Below are positions 49,221 through 58,990 of a DNA stretch of 64,000 bases, piece after piece. The position numbers were made by a program, and so were the translations under genes. The DNA lies in contig JAGAJO010000004.1 in the NCBI GenBank assembly GCA_017626015.1, positions 46,713 to 110,712 on the forward strand, in the 5' to 3' direction. The notes under the pieces were generated by a model, which was not told the origin of the DNA, searched no databases, and worked only from the letters and a program-made list of their open reading frames with translations. The DNA is from Ruminococcus sp. (GTDB lineage: Bacteria; Bacillota; Clostridia; Oscillospirales; Ruminococcaceae). The first letter of the stretch is position 1. Each line of letters opens with the position of its first letter.

Positions 49221-50750
49221 TCACCCTTTCCAATACTTTCTGTCCAAACTTCTGTACTGTACCGCAAGGGCTATATGCTTTTTGTCGATGACTTCCGCAC
49301 CGTCCATATCGGCGGCAGTACGGGCGACCTTCATTATCTTGTCGTAGGCTCTTGCAGACAGTCCCAGCCTGTCAAATACATTTTCAAGCAGAGCCTTTGC
49401 GCCGCTTGTCACCGGGCATACCTCATGGAGCAGATCGGGAGTGATCTTTGCATTACAGGTCACTCCGGTGCCCGCAAACCTCTTGTTCTGGATATCCCTC
49501 GCACGCTGAACACGCTCTCTTATCGCCGACGACGGCTCTTCCCTGTCGGCGGAGGACAGATCGGAAAACTCCACAGGTGCGACTTCAAGATGAATGTCGA
49601 ACCTGTCCAGCAGCGGTCCCGATATTCTGTTCAAATAATTGGACACTTGCTTCTGAGAGCATATGCATTTTCTCGCAGGGTGTCCGTAATAACCGCAGGG
49701 ACAGGGATTCATTGCTCCTATCAGCATAAAAGAGCTTGGGTATGTAATGCTTCCCGAAACTCTCGAAATTGTCACCTGCTGATCCTCCAGCGGCTGCCTG
49801 AGTATTTCAAGAGCAGGTCGTGAAAATTCCGCCAGCTCGTCCAGAAACAGCAGACCGTTATGCGCAAGGGATATCTCGCCCGGCTTGGGGATCGATCCGC
49901 CTCCCGCAAGCCCTGCAGCCGAAACGGTGTGGTGCGGAGAACGGAACGGTCTCACCGTCACAAGAGGGCTGTCCTTGTCAAGCAGTCCCGCAACGGAATG
50001 TATATTTGTTGTCTCTATCGATTCCTCAAAGGTCATCGCAGGAAGGATAGAGGGCATTCTTTTTGCAAGCATGGATTTTCCCGAACCGGGAGAACCTATC
50101 ATCAGGGCGTTGTGTCCTCCTGCGGCAGCGACCTCCAGAGCCTTTTTTGCCGCAGTCTGTCCCTTTACGTCCGCAAAGTCGAGAGATCCGTAAAAGCTTG
50201 TTTTTTCCGATCTGTAGGTCGAGGCGGGAACTATCTCCGCCTTGCCTGTAAGGTGGAAAACCAGCTCCGCTATAGAGCTTACTCCGTAACAGCTTATGCC
50301 CTCCGCTACAGAAGCTTCTCTGAGATTATCGGCGGGAACGTAAATTTTCTCCATTCCCGACTTCTGCGCCAGTATCGTCATGGGAAGCACTCCCTGCACG
50401 GCTCTTATCTCGCCGCTTAAAGATACCTCTCCGATAAACGCCGACTTTTTAAGGCTCTCGTCGTCCGATATCCCCATGACTCTCAGCAGAGCCACCGCAA
50501 TGGCAAGATCGTGTACGGAGCCTGATTTTTTTACGTCTGCCGGCGCTAAATTTACCATGACCCGCTGCTGAGGGAAATTCAGTCCGCAGCAGCGGAATGC
50601 CGATCGTATCCTTTCACGGCTCTCCCTTACTGCGGCGTCCGCAAGACCTACCATATCAAAGGCAGGTATGCCCTTTGACGCTTCTATCTCCACATATACG
50701 GGAAAAGCGTTAAGTCCCAGCAAGCCCAGGCTGTTTATAGATGCAAACAT
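49221..50750 (-). CDS. comM: YifB/ComM family Mg-chelatase-like ATPase
   Basis: Lon-like N-domain, Walker A GSPGSGKSM, LFLDELAEF Walker B, C-terminal ARAYDKIMKVARTAADM. Confidence 0.9.
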   Translation of the reverse strand: MFASINSLGLLGLNAFPVYVEIEASKGIPAFDMVGLADAAVRESRERIRSAFRCCGLNFPQQRVMVNLAPADVKKSGSVHDLAIAVALLRVMGISDDESLKKSAFIGEVSLSGEIRAVQGVLPMTILAQKSGMEKIYVPADNLREASVAEGISCYGVSSIAELVFHLTGKAEIVPASTYRSEKTSFYGSLDFADVKGQTAAKKALEVAAAGGHNALMIGSPGSGKSMLAKRMPSILPAMTFEESIETTNIHSVAGLLDKDSPLVTVRPFRSPHHTVSAAGLAGGGSIPKPGEISLAHNGLLFLDELAEFSRPALEILRQPLEDQQVTISRVSGSITYPSSFMLIGAMNPCPCGYYGHPARKCICSQKQVSNYLNRISGPLLDRFDIHLEVAPVEFSDLSSADREEPSSAIRERVQRARDIQNKRFAGTGVTCNAKITPDLLHEVCPVTSGAKALLENVFDRLGLSARAYDKIMKVARTAADMDGAEVIDKKHIALAVQYRSLDRKYWKG

Positions 50751-50754
50751 ATCA

Positions 50755-51714
50755 TCATTCGCTTTCCGTACAATTTTCTGTACTGTTTTTATCCTGTATG
50801 ACGCTCATAAGAAAATCCGTTACGTCACAGAAAAACTCGTCCCTATTAAACTCGTTCATAAGCTCGTGCCTTGCGCCGTCGTATATTTTCATTTCCACAT
50901 TACAGTCCGCTGCGGAAAGACGGCGGTAGACCTTAAGAACGCCCTTGCCGTAATTTCCCACAGGGTCGGCGTTTCCCGCAAGAAGATATGTGGGCAAGGA
51001 CTTCGGATAGCTGTCAAACCACTTATCGTCGGATACGTACCAAAGCACTCTGGCAAGATTGTCAAAGCCGTTGAGCGTAAAGGTGAAGTTGCATTTAGGG
51101 TCGGCAGCAAAGCGCTCGACTACGTCCTTATCTCGTGATATCCAGTCATAACGGTTGTCGCTGTCCCCGATCTTTGCATTATACGCTCCGAAAGCAAGCT
51201 TATCCACCGTTTTGCTGCGATATTTGCTTCCGTGAACTGCAATAAGGCTGTCCACAAGGCTCAGCAAAGCGGGAGCGCCCTTTATACCTCCGCTCGTTCC
51301 GCAGAAAACAGCTCCGTCAAGCTTTTTTCCATGCTTTGTGGCGTAGGCTCTTGCCAGAAAGCTTCCCATGCTGTGTCCGAACATAAAATACGGCAGCTCA
51401 GGATACTTCTCCTTCATAAGCACGGTAAGGCTGTACAGATCCTCCACGGCGTTCTGCCAGCCGTCTCTGCCGCCGAACCAGCCAAGCTCACTTTCATCAT
51501 TCACGCTGTCTCCGTGACCCAGATGATCGTTCCCGCAGACAACGAAGCCACACTGGGTAAGATACTCCGCCATAGGCTTGTATCTTCCGAAATATTCGCA
51601 CATTCCGTGTGAGATCTGCACGACCCCCAAAGGCTCTGTATCGGGAGTAAAAACCGTATAGGCGATACTGTGTACTCCGTCTGAGGAAAGATATTTCCCA
51701 TTGTATTCTGTCAT
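50755..51714 (-). CDS. alpha/beta hydrolase (lysophospholipase / monoacylglycerol lipase-like)
   Basis: Nucleophile elbow GHSMGS, HG oxyanion motif (ISHGMCEY); 319 aa. Confidence 0.75.
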   Translation of the reverse strand: MTEYNGKYLSSDGVHSIAYTVFTPDTEPLGVVQISHGMCEYFGRYKPMAEYLTQCGFVVCGNDHLGHGDSVNDESELGWFGGRDGWQNAVEDLYSLTVLMKEKYPELPYFMFGHSMGSFLARAYATKHGKKLDGAVFCGTSGGIKGAPALLSLVDSLIAVHGSKYRSKTVDKLAFGAYNAKIGDSDNRYDWISRDKDVVERFAADPKCNFTFTLNGFDNLARVLWYVSDDKWFDSYPKSLPTYLLAGNADPVGNYGKGVLKVYRRLSAADCNVEMKIYDGARHELMNEFNRDEFFCDVTDFLMSVIQDKNSTENCTESE

Positions 51715-51756
51715 AAAGATCCTCCTTTTCCGATATATTATCGCAAACTTAAAAAG

Positions 51757-51821
51757 CGCTGATCAAATCGCTGTTTTAAAATTCACTGCCCCTCATACAC
51801 ATTAATCAGCATTTCCTTAAT
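51757..51821 (-). repeat. family-2 intergenic repeat, copy d (partial)
   Basis: The reverse complement reads ATTAAGGAAATG...GTGTATGAGGGGCAGTGAATTTTAAAACAGCGAT. It shares the left TIR and the CAGTGAATTTTAAAACAGCGAT block with copy b. Confidence 0.55.
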
Positions 51822-52017
51822 TATACCACAAAATGCCCCAATAATCAAGTAAAATTAACCTTTATTTTCATATTGTTGCCTAAAATTCGCTCGTAAACGA
51901 TTAGAATTGTTAAAATATTATTACACCCCTTGCTTAATTTATAAAATGTGTTATAATGGTATTATCAACATATAAAGTTAAAACGTACTTTTAAAATTTT
52001 ATTATGAGGTGATTATT

Positions 52018-53736
52018 GTGAAAGAGACAGAGCTTTACAAACTTTGGTGCGAAAAGGCTGTGGACGACCCCGATCTCCAGACCGAGCTTAAGGCTATCGA
52101 GGGAGACGAGGACGCTATCCAGGACAGATTCTACAGAGATCTGGAATTCGGCACAGGCGGTCTGAGGGGCGTTATCGGCGCAGGCTCCTACAGACTTAAC
52201 GTTTATACAATAAGAAGAGCTACCCAGGGTGTGGCGGATTATGTAAACGGGGCATTTGAAAACGGCAGCGTTGCTATCTCATACGACTCGAGAATAAAAT
52301 CGGACGTTTTCGCCAAGGAAGCCGCCGCTGTACTGGCAGCAAACGGCATTAAATCATATATCTACACCGAGCTTATGCCTACCCCCATGCTTTCATGGGC
52401 TGTAAGGGAGCTTAAGTGTCAGGCAGGAATTATGGTAACCGCTTCCCACAATCCCGCAAAATACAACGGCTACAAGGTTTACGGTGCAGACGGCTGCCAG
52501 ATCACCCTTGACGTTGCAAACACCGTTATCGGAAAGATCAATGCCGTGCCTATGTTCGGCGGAGCAAAGGTAATGTCCTTTGAAGAGGGTCTTGCCAGCG
52601 GAATGATAAGCTATATCGGTCAGGAAGTCATCGATAAATACCTCGACAAGGTAATGGAGCAGGGTATCCACACCGATCTTGTAGCAAAAAGCGGTCTTAA
52701 GGTCGTTTACACTCCTCTTAACGGCACAGGCAACAAGCCGGTAAGAGCTATACTCAAGAAGATCGGTATCGAAGACGTTACGGTCGTTCCCGAGCAGGAG
52801 CTTCCCGACGGAAACTTCCCTACCTGTCCTTTCCCGAACCCCGAGATCAAGGAGGCTCTGGCAAAGGGACTGGAGCTTTGCAAGACTGTAAAGCCGGATC
52901 TTCTCCTTGCTACAGACCCTGACTGCGACAGAGTCGGTATCGCCGTTCCCGATCCGGACGGAAATTATGTTCTTTTCACCGGCAACGAGGTAGGAGCAAT
53001 GCTGCTCAAATATATCTGTCAGGAAAGAACAGCTCTGGGAACTATGCCCGAGAGACCTGTTGCCGTTAAAACTATCGTAACCACCGACATCTGCAAAAAG
53101 ATCGCAGCAGAGTATGGCGTTGAGCTGAGAGACGTTCTCACAGGCTTCAAATTCATCGGCGAGCAGATCGGCTTCCTGGAGGCAGACGGCGAAGACAACA
53201 GATACATCTTCGGCTTTGAGGAGAGCTACGGCTACCTGGCAGGCTCCTATGTAAGAGACAAGGACGCTGTTGTAGGCTCAATGCTCATATGCGAAATGGC
53301 AGCCTTCTACAGAACAAAGGGTATCTCACTGCTTCAGGCAAGAGAGGATATGTATAACAAGTACGGCAACTACCTCCACACCCAGAAGTCTTTCCAGTGT
53401 GAGGGTGCAAGCGGTATGGAAAGAATGAAGGAGATCATGACCGGTCTGAGAGCCGATCCTCCCAAGACTATCGGCGGACTCAAGGTCGAAAGCGTTGCAG
53501 ACTACCTTGCTTCTGAGGAGACCTGCATCGAGTGTGGCAAAAAGACCGTTCTCACGCTGCCGAAGTCGGACGTTATTGCATTCAAGCTGGAGCAGGGTGC
53601 AAGCGTTATCATCAGACCCTCCGGAACCGAGCCTAAGATCAAGGCATATTACACCACTATCGGCGACACAAGGGAAGACGCCGAAAAGCTGGAGGCTGTT
53701 ATTTCCGACGACTTCAAGAAAATCCTTGGCTTTTAA
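52018..53736 (+). CDS. phosphoglucomutase / phosphomannomutase (PgcA-like)
   Basis: Active-site TASHNPAKYNGYK, metal loop ATDPDCDR. GTG 52018 is preferred (GAGGTGA 7 nt upstream). Confidence 0.9.
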   Translation: MKETELYKLWCEKAVDDPDLQTELKAIEGDEDAIQDRFYRDLEFGTGGLRGVIGAGSYRLNVYTIRRATQGVADYVNGAFENGSVAISYDSRIKSDVFAKEAAAVLAANGIKSYIYTELMPTPMLSWAVRELKCQAGIMVTASHNPAKYNGYKVYGADGCQITLDVANTVIGKINAVPMFGGAKVMSFEEGLASGMISYIGQEVIDKYLDKVMEQGIHTDLVAKSGLKVVYTPLNGTGNKPVRAILKKIGIEDVTVVPEQELPDGNFPTCPFPNPEIKEALAKGLELCKTVKPDLLLATDPDCDRVGIAVPDPDGNYVLFTGNEVGAMLLKYICQERTALGTMPERPVAVKTIVTTDICKKIAAEYGVELRDVLTGFKFIGEQIGFLEADGEDNRYIFGFEESYGYLAGSYVRDKDAVVGSMLICEMAAFYRTKGISLLQAREDMYNKYGNYLHTQKSFQCEGASGMERMKEIMTGLRADPPKTIGGLKVESVADYLASEETCIECGKKTVLTLPKSDVIAFKLEQGASVIIRPSGTEPKIKAYYTTIGDTREDAEKLEAVISDDFKKILGF

Positions 53737-53750
53737 ATAAACACTCTTTC

Positions 53751-53782
53751 GGGACAATGTCTTAGGGCATTGTCCCTTTTTT
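53751..53782 (+). terminator. terminator of the phosphoglucomutase gene
   Basis: GGGACAATG/CATTGTCCC stem followed by TTTTTT. Confidence 0.7.
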
Positions 53783-53829
53783 ATGGCGTTGCGGTATGAA
53801 TTGGGATAATCCCGTATTCCTCATGCAGC

Positions 53830-53863
53830 AAAAAAAGAACCCGCTCCATAAGGAACGGGTTCT
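53830..53863 (-). terminator. terminator of the surface-protein gene
   Basis: AGAACCCG/CGGGTTCT stem, followed on the minus strand by TTTTTTT. Confidence 0.6.
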
Positions 53864-53908
53864 GTAAAATTCGTTATAACATAAGAGCTTAGTCTCAGTC
53901 AGTTATAA

Positions 53909-55225
53909 TTACTTTCTCTTCTTAGAAGCTACTACAGCAGCGCCTGCGAGAGCAACGCCAACAGCTGCAAGAGCAGCAGCGCCGGTGTTCGGGTTAGCTG
54001 TTGTGTTTGTGCTTGAAGCCTTGGAAGAGCTTGAAGCCTTGGAAGAAGAGCTTCCGGACTCAGTAGAATCTGTTCCGGACTCAGAAGACTCAGGTGCAGA
54101 CTCGCTGGAAGAAGGCTCCGGCTCAGAAGAAGAAGGATCAACAGGATCAACAGGATCTACAGGAGCCTTAGGAAGCATACCGGACTCGCTGTGAGCGTTG
54201 AACTTGATCACCATTTCCTCAGAGAATGTGAAGGCAGCAGGATCGCAGGGAGAAACCTCTGCGTCATACTTCTGACCAACACATGTTGCGCCGTAAACGT
54301 TGAAGATCTCAATTCTGTAGTTGTCCTTGTCATCCTCGATGTTGCCATAGAGAACCTTGGAAAGATCTACATCGTAAGCCTTGCCGTCAAGTGTAACGGA
54401 TACCAGCTCGCACTCGAGATCAGGGATCTCAGCGAAGCAGTCAAGAAGGTCAACAACGAATACTGTGATTCCCTCGGAAGTCATGGGAGTGCCGTCCTCA
54501 CCAAGAGGAGCTGCAACCTTAATTGTGTTCTCACCCTCAACTACCTTAGTGGAAGCTGCCCAATCCTGGCAAGACCAGTCGCCGTCAGCAAAACCGACCT
54601 GAGCTGTTACGTCAACAGTTGAAGGAGGTGTAGGATCGTCCTCCTCAGTCTTGTTAAGGATAACGCTTGTAACTGTCATCTCAGCGCCTGCACTTGCAGA
54701 CCAATCCTGGAACCAAGCCTGAGCGTATGTATCGTCAGCCTTGAAGAAGCCTTCCTCATTTACAAGAGTTGCCTCGTAAACGCCGTCGGATACCTTCTGC
54801 CATGTGCACTCCTTTACGGGATCGGGATTTCCGTCGCCGTCTTCGTCAACAGGGTTTCCATCCTTATCGGTAGCAAAAGGCTTGAAGCAAACCTCGTGAG
54901 AGTTCCAGCCGAGAGTGTCGGAATTTGTTCCGAGACCGCCGCCTACCCATGGGTCGCCGGCAATAGCTGCCTGTGCAACTTCTTCGTTAGCGCTTACTAC
55001 AAAAGTAATGCTTGTTACGCTTGTAAGCTCAGCACATGAAGCGAAAGGTCCGGCCTCGCCCTTAGACTCATCGCCTACGAGGTAAGCTACGTTGTTCTTT
55101 AAGTAATCACCGGTTACTTCGTAGTTGGACAGCGGCTCAGCGTCAGCGGAAACCGTTACCATGGAGATCATGGAAGCGGCAAGAGCCATTGCTGACATAC
55201 CTGCGAAAATCTTAGAAATTTTCAT
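53909..55225 (-). CDS. sortase-anchored cell-surface protein (xPxTG-type sorting signal)
   Basis: Signal peptide MKISKIFAGMSAMALAASMISMVTVSADA. C-terminus ...TTANPNTGAAALAAVGVALAGAAVVASKKRK gives NPNTG plus a hydrophobic stretch plus a basic tail. Also (PVD)3 and a Ser-rich linker. Confidence 0.7.
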   Translation of the reverse strand: MKISKIFAGMSAMALAASMISMVTVSADAEPLSNYEVTGDYLKNNVAYLVGDESKGEAGPFASCAELTSVTSITFVVSANEEVAQAAIAGDPWVGGGLGTNSDTLGWNSHEVCFKPFATDKDGNPVDEDGDGNPDPVKECTWQKVSDGVYEATLVNEEGFFKADDTYAQAWFQDWSASAGAEMTVTSVILNKTEEDDPTPPSTVDVTAQVGFADGDWSCQDWAASTKVVEGENTIKVAAPLGEDGTPMTSEGITVFVVDLLDCFAEIPDLECELVSVTLDGKAYDVDLSKVLYGNIEDDKDNYRIEIFNVYGATCVGQKYDAEVSPCDPAAFTFSEEMVIKFNAHSESGMLPKAPVDPVDPVDPSSSEPEPSSSESAPESSESGTDSTESGSSSSKASSSSKASSTNTTANPNTGAAALAAVGVALAGAAVVASKKRK

Positions 55226-55502
55226 TTTGAATTTCCTCCAATTTAAAATATTCAATAATATATTGAGCGATATCTCCTCAACATATCATCGTATTCTCAT
55301 TGTAACACAATTCATATCACTTTTCAATTAACGTTTTTCACAAATTTATCACATCAATTCAGACACTTTTAACAAAATTTCACGAATTTTTTGCGGCTAA
55401 ACGCCGATAAGCCGTAATATTTCTATGATTTGTGTAAACATTTTGTAACTTTAACGCCAGAATTTTAACATTTCAGCAAGCAATATTAGCACAATATTGC
55501 TG

Positions 55503-56153
55503 TCAGTTATTTCCGAGTCTGTCATGCTTCTCCCGCTCACGCTTCGAGAAAATACAGCCGCAGTAATTCTGCCTGTAAAGCCCGTACAGCGATGACAGCT
55601 CCACCGAACGTTTATAGCCTCCCCGCTTTTTGAAATCGGAGGGCAGCGGATTGACCTTATAGATCTCCCCTAACTCCTCTGCGATCTCATTAAGCTTTCC
55701 GGCATTTTTATAAGGTGAGATCGACAGCGTTGTGGTGAAATAATCCATAGAATGCTCCGCAGCAAGCTCAGCGGTTTTTTCAAGCCGCAGGCGGTAACAG
55801 GCGAAGCACCTCTCTCCGCCCTCGGGGATATTTTCCAGACCCCTTACCGCACCGTAAAACTCGGCGGGATCAAAACCGATCTCCAGAAATTCCACCTTAT
55901 TTTTAACGGGAATACTGCTTATGAGCCTTTTCTGCTCCGATACCCTGCGGGCGTATTCCTCCTCGGGATATATATTCGGATTGTAATAAAAGACCGTAAT
56001 GCGAAAATACTGCGACAGATACTCCAGCACATAGGACGAGCAGGGTGCGCAGCAGCTGTGGAGCATAAGCTTCGGCGGTTCTGCGTCCTGCGGTATACCA
56101 TTTATAAGCTCCTCCAGCTTTTTCTGATAATTAATTTTCGGCGAACCGTTCAT
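55503..56153 (-). CDS. queH: epoxyqueuosine reductase QueH
   Basis: LMLHSCCAPCSSYVLE and C-terminal YCGCIFS Cys motifs of the DUF208/QueH family. Confidence 0.85.
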   Translation of the reverse strand: MNGSPKINYQKKLEELINGIPQDAEPPKLMLHSCCAPCSSYVLEYLSQYFRITVFYYNPNIYPEEEYARRVSEQKRLISSIPVKNKVEFLEIGFDPAEFYGAVRGLENIPEGGERCFACYRLRLEKTAELAAEHSMDYFTTTLSISPYKNAGKLNEIAEELGEIYKVNPLPSDFKKRGGYKRSVELSSLYGLYRQNYCGCIFSKREREKHDRLGNN

Positions 56154-56273
56154 TTAATATGATCTCCTTTAAAATGTATATTTTTGATTTTACGCAGCAA
56201 AATAAGCACAGTGTTTTAGGCAATACCGCACAACCATTGTGTGCAGATCGCCTTTAGGAAAGGATTTGATGAA

Positions 56274-57317
56274 ATGTCCCTTAAAGCAACTAAGATACTT
56301 AAAAACACACCATCCGTCATTGCCTCGGCGGCAGTCGGCGGAAAAAAGGAGCACGAGGGTCCTATGGGGGATTATTTTGATAAGATAAACGACGATCCCT
56401 ATTTCTCCCTCGACACCTTCGAGCAGGGCGAATCCCAGATACAAAAGCAGGCTGTGACCTACGCCCTCAGAAAAGCAAAGCTCCGGCAGGAGGATATCGA
56501 CGTACTTTTCGGCGGCGACCTTCTAAACCAATGCACGGGCACGACCTACGGAGTAAGGGATTTTGAAATGCCCTTTCTGGGGATCTACGGAGCCTGCTCT
56601 ACCATGGCGGAGGGACTTATGCTCGCCTCTCTTTTCGTGGACGGAGGCGTTTCGGACATCGCAATGGCAGTTACCTCCTCACACTTCTGCACTGCGGAAA
56701 GGCAGTACCGTTTCCCACTCAATTACGGCGGTCAGAGAACTCCGACTTCCCAATGGACTGCAACGGCAGGAGGAGCGCTGGCTGTTTCCGCCAAGACATC
56801 TCCACCATATGTCAGAGCCTGTACAATAGGAAAGATCGTGGACATGGGCGTCACCGACGCCAACAACATGGGTGCAGCTATGGCTCCGGCAGCTTTTTCC
56901 ACCATAAGCGAATTTTTCACCGATACCGGGCTTGCCCCGCAGGATTTTGACTATATAGTCACGGGGGATCTGGGAAAGGTCGGCAGCAGGATACTCTGCG
57001 AGCTTTTTGAACGTGAAAATATCAGCATACGGGAAAATCACAAGGACTGCGGTATGATGCTTTACAGCTTTGAGGAGCAGGACGTCCATGCAGGCGGCAG
57101 CGGCTGCGGCTGTGCGGCAAGTATGCTTTGCGGATATTTTATCCCCAAGCTCAGGGCGGGAGAGCTGCATAATATACTTTTTGCGGCTACGGGTGCGCTT
57201 ATGTCCCCCACGGTAAACCAGCAGGGCGAATCGATACCGTCAATTTCACATCTTGTATGGCTTTCCCACGAACCTGACAGTCTTACTCCACGCAGCTGCG
57301 GAAAGGAGGGATGCTGA
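56274..57317 (+). CDS. spoVAD: stage V sporulation protein AD
   Basis: Thiolase-like fold protein with VGGKKEHEGPMGDYFD, followed by spoVAE. ATG 56274 is preferred. Confidence 0.85.
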   Translation: MSLKATKILKNTPSVIASAAVGGKKEHEGPMGDYFDKINDDPYFSLDTFEQGESQIQKQAVTYALRKAKLRQEDIDVLFGGDLLNQCTGTTYGVRDFEMPFLGIYGACSTMAEGLMLASLFVDGGVSDIAMAVTSSHFCTAERQYRFPLNYGGQRTPTSQWTATAGGALAVSAKTSPPYVRACTIGKIVDMGVTDANNMGAAMAPAAFSTISEFFTDTGLAPQDFDYIVTGDLGKVGSRILCELFERENISIRENHKDCGMMLYSFEEQDVHAGGSGCGCAASMLCGYFIPKLRAGELHNILFAATGALMSPTVNQQGESIPSISHLVWLSHEPDSLTPRSCGKEGC

Positions 57318-57318
57318 T

Positions 57319-57675
57319 ATGAGCTACCTGTGGGCATTTCTTATCGGCGGACTTTTCTGCGCCGTCGGACAGCTTCTTATCGACTTCACAAAGCTTACTC
57401 CTGCAAGGATACTTGTTTCCTACGTCGTTGCCGGAGTTGCGCTGGGAGCGCTGGGTATCTACAAGCCGCTAAAGGACTTTGCCGGCTGCGGAGCCTCCGT
57501 CCCTCTCACAGGCTTCGGCAGCCTTTTGGCGGACGGAGTCGAAAAGGAGATCGACCGGATAGGCTTTCTGGGCGTTTTTACCGGAGGACTTACCGCAGGT
57601 GCGGCAGGAATAACCGCCGCAATGCTGTTTGCATTTATTTTCGCACTGTTTTGCAAAAGCAGTCCGAAGAAATAG
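57319..57675 (+). CDS. spoVAE: stage V sporulation protein AE (SpoVAEb type)
   Basis: MSYLWAFLIGGLFCAVGQLLIDFTKLTPARILV...PLTGFG matches SpoVAEb. AAAGGAGGG RBS; start lies 1 nt after the spoVAD stop. Confidence 0.85.
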   Translation: MSYLWAFLIGGLFCAVGQLLIDFTKLTPARILVSYVVAGVALGALGIYKPLKDFAGCGASVPLTGFGSLLADGVEKEIDRIGFLGVFTGGLTAGAAGITAAMLFAFIFALFCKSSPKK

Positions 57676-57705
57676 GCTGTCATTAAGAGCCGTTTACGGA
57701 AAAAT

Positions 57706-58764
57706 TCAGTTGACGGCGACGATCTTGCGTATGATCTCATAAACGAGCATAGCGAGATAAATAACTATGGCGGGATTGGTGAAAACTGTACGTGAAACGG
57801 TTTTTTTGTCAAGCTGACAGGAGTTTTCCTTGTATTTCAGGAATCCCGAACGTGTAAAAAGCACATAAAATCCCGCCAGAGCTACGGCAATCTCAAAGAT
57901 GCTGAAATAAAGATCGAAGTTCGGGATATCAAGCACATCGGCAAGATCGGTAGAATTTGCAATAAGGTTATTGACCATATGAATGATGACCGTAGGCATT
58001 ATGGAGCCGCAGTTAACGGCGATAATGGCATAAACAAGCCCTGTGCCGAAGGCCGAAGCCGCCTGGGGGATATTTCCGTGCATAAGTCCGAAAGCAAGTG
58101 CGGAAAGGATTATCGCCGAGGTTCTGCCGTATTTTGAGAGTATTCCAAGTATGAGACCTCTGTAAATAAACTCCTCGATAAAAGGCGCCAGCAATACCAC
58201 GTACACAAGCTGCATTATTATTGCAGCCGCCGACGGAGAGCTTATGGAAAAATCCGCAGAGGGAACATAAACCCCCTGAGCTCCGAGAAATGCGGTGAGA
58301 TACGCAGTCGCAAGTGAAAATATCATGTTTATAACAAAGCAGGCGGGGATCCATATCGCCGCCGTTTTTGCGCCCTCCTTATCCGGGCGTACAAAACCGC
58401 CGGGACGTATCTTAAACGCAAGCCTGCACAGCAGCAGCGTAAGCAGCAGGCTTACCGCCGTAACGGCAAGGTTGGCGGACATACCGTATTCCGTTGAGGA
58501 TATAAGGGATTCGTGATCTTCAAGAAGCGTTTTTACGATCTTACGGTAGTTTAGGGTAAAGCTTCCTTCCAGCACAAAGTATGTGACATAATAAAAGACA
58601 TATGCAAGAGCATAGCTAACGACGTAATAAAAAATAAGCAGAACGCCCAGCCTTGTGCAGTCCCTGAAAAGAGAATTTTTCTCCTTCATGCTTTCCTCTG
58701 TAAGGAAGTTAAGATCAAACTGCGGATCATATTTAAATTCCAAATTTACACCTCTGTTCAGCAA
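57706..58764 (-). CDS. CPBP family intramembrane glutamic endopeptidase
   Basis: EEFIYRG, FGLMHG and HMVNN motifs (CAAX protease / Abi family). Confidence 0.85.
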   Translation of the reverse strand: MLNRGVNLEFKYDPQFDLNFLTEESMKEKNSLFRDCTRLGVLLIFYYVVSYALAYVFYYVTYFVLEGSFTLNYRKIVKTLLEDHESLISSTEYGMSANLAVTAVSLLLTLLLCRLAFKIRPGGFVRPDKEGAKTAAIWIPACFVINMIFSLATAYLTAFLGAQGVYVPSADFSISSPSAAAIIMQLVYVVLLAPFIEEFIYRGLILGILSKYGRTSAIILSALAFGLMHGNIPQAASAFGTGLVYAIIAVNCGSIMPTVIIHMVNNLIANSTDLADVLDIPNFDLYFSIFEIAVALAGFYVLFTRSGFLKYKENSCQLDKKTVSRTVFTNPAIVIYLAMLVYEIIRKIVAVN

Positions 58765-58894
58765 TTGGATTTCTTCCGATGTTACATTGACTGATAAATC
58801 GGATTTTTGATATACATTATATTATAGCATACATTCAGACAATATGCAAGTGTTAACTATATGTAAATAAAACACAGATATTTTGTGATTACTA

Positions 58895-58922
58895 TTGCAT
58901 TTTGTCAAATATGAGTTATAAT
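58895..58922 (+). promoter_or_regulatory. htpG promoter (TTGCAT-16-TATAAT)
   Basis: -35 at 58895-58900 and -10 at 58917-58922. Confidence 0.5.
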
Positions 58923-58926
58923 GTAT

Positions 58927-58953
58927 TTAGCACTCAAAGCATTAGAGTGCTAA
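58927..58953 (+). promoter_or_regulatory. CIRCE element (HrcA operator), perfect consensus
   Basis: TTAGCACTC-aaagcatta-GAGTGCTAA, starting 5 nt downstream of the -10 hexamer. Confidence 0.85.
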
Positions 58954-58990
58954 ACTGCTTGGAATATTCTATAAGGAAAGGTTGATTTAT

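Noticed and set aside
54000-54180. Short tandem DNA repeats that might look like a repeat array
   Set aside because: They are in frame within the surface-protein gene, encoding Ser/Lys/Ala and Pro-Val-Asp linkers. There is no spacer structure, so this is not a CRISPR array or a satellite.
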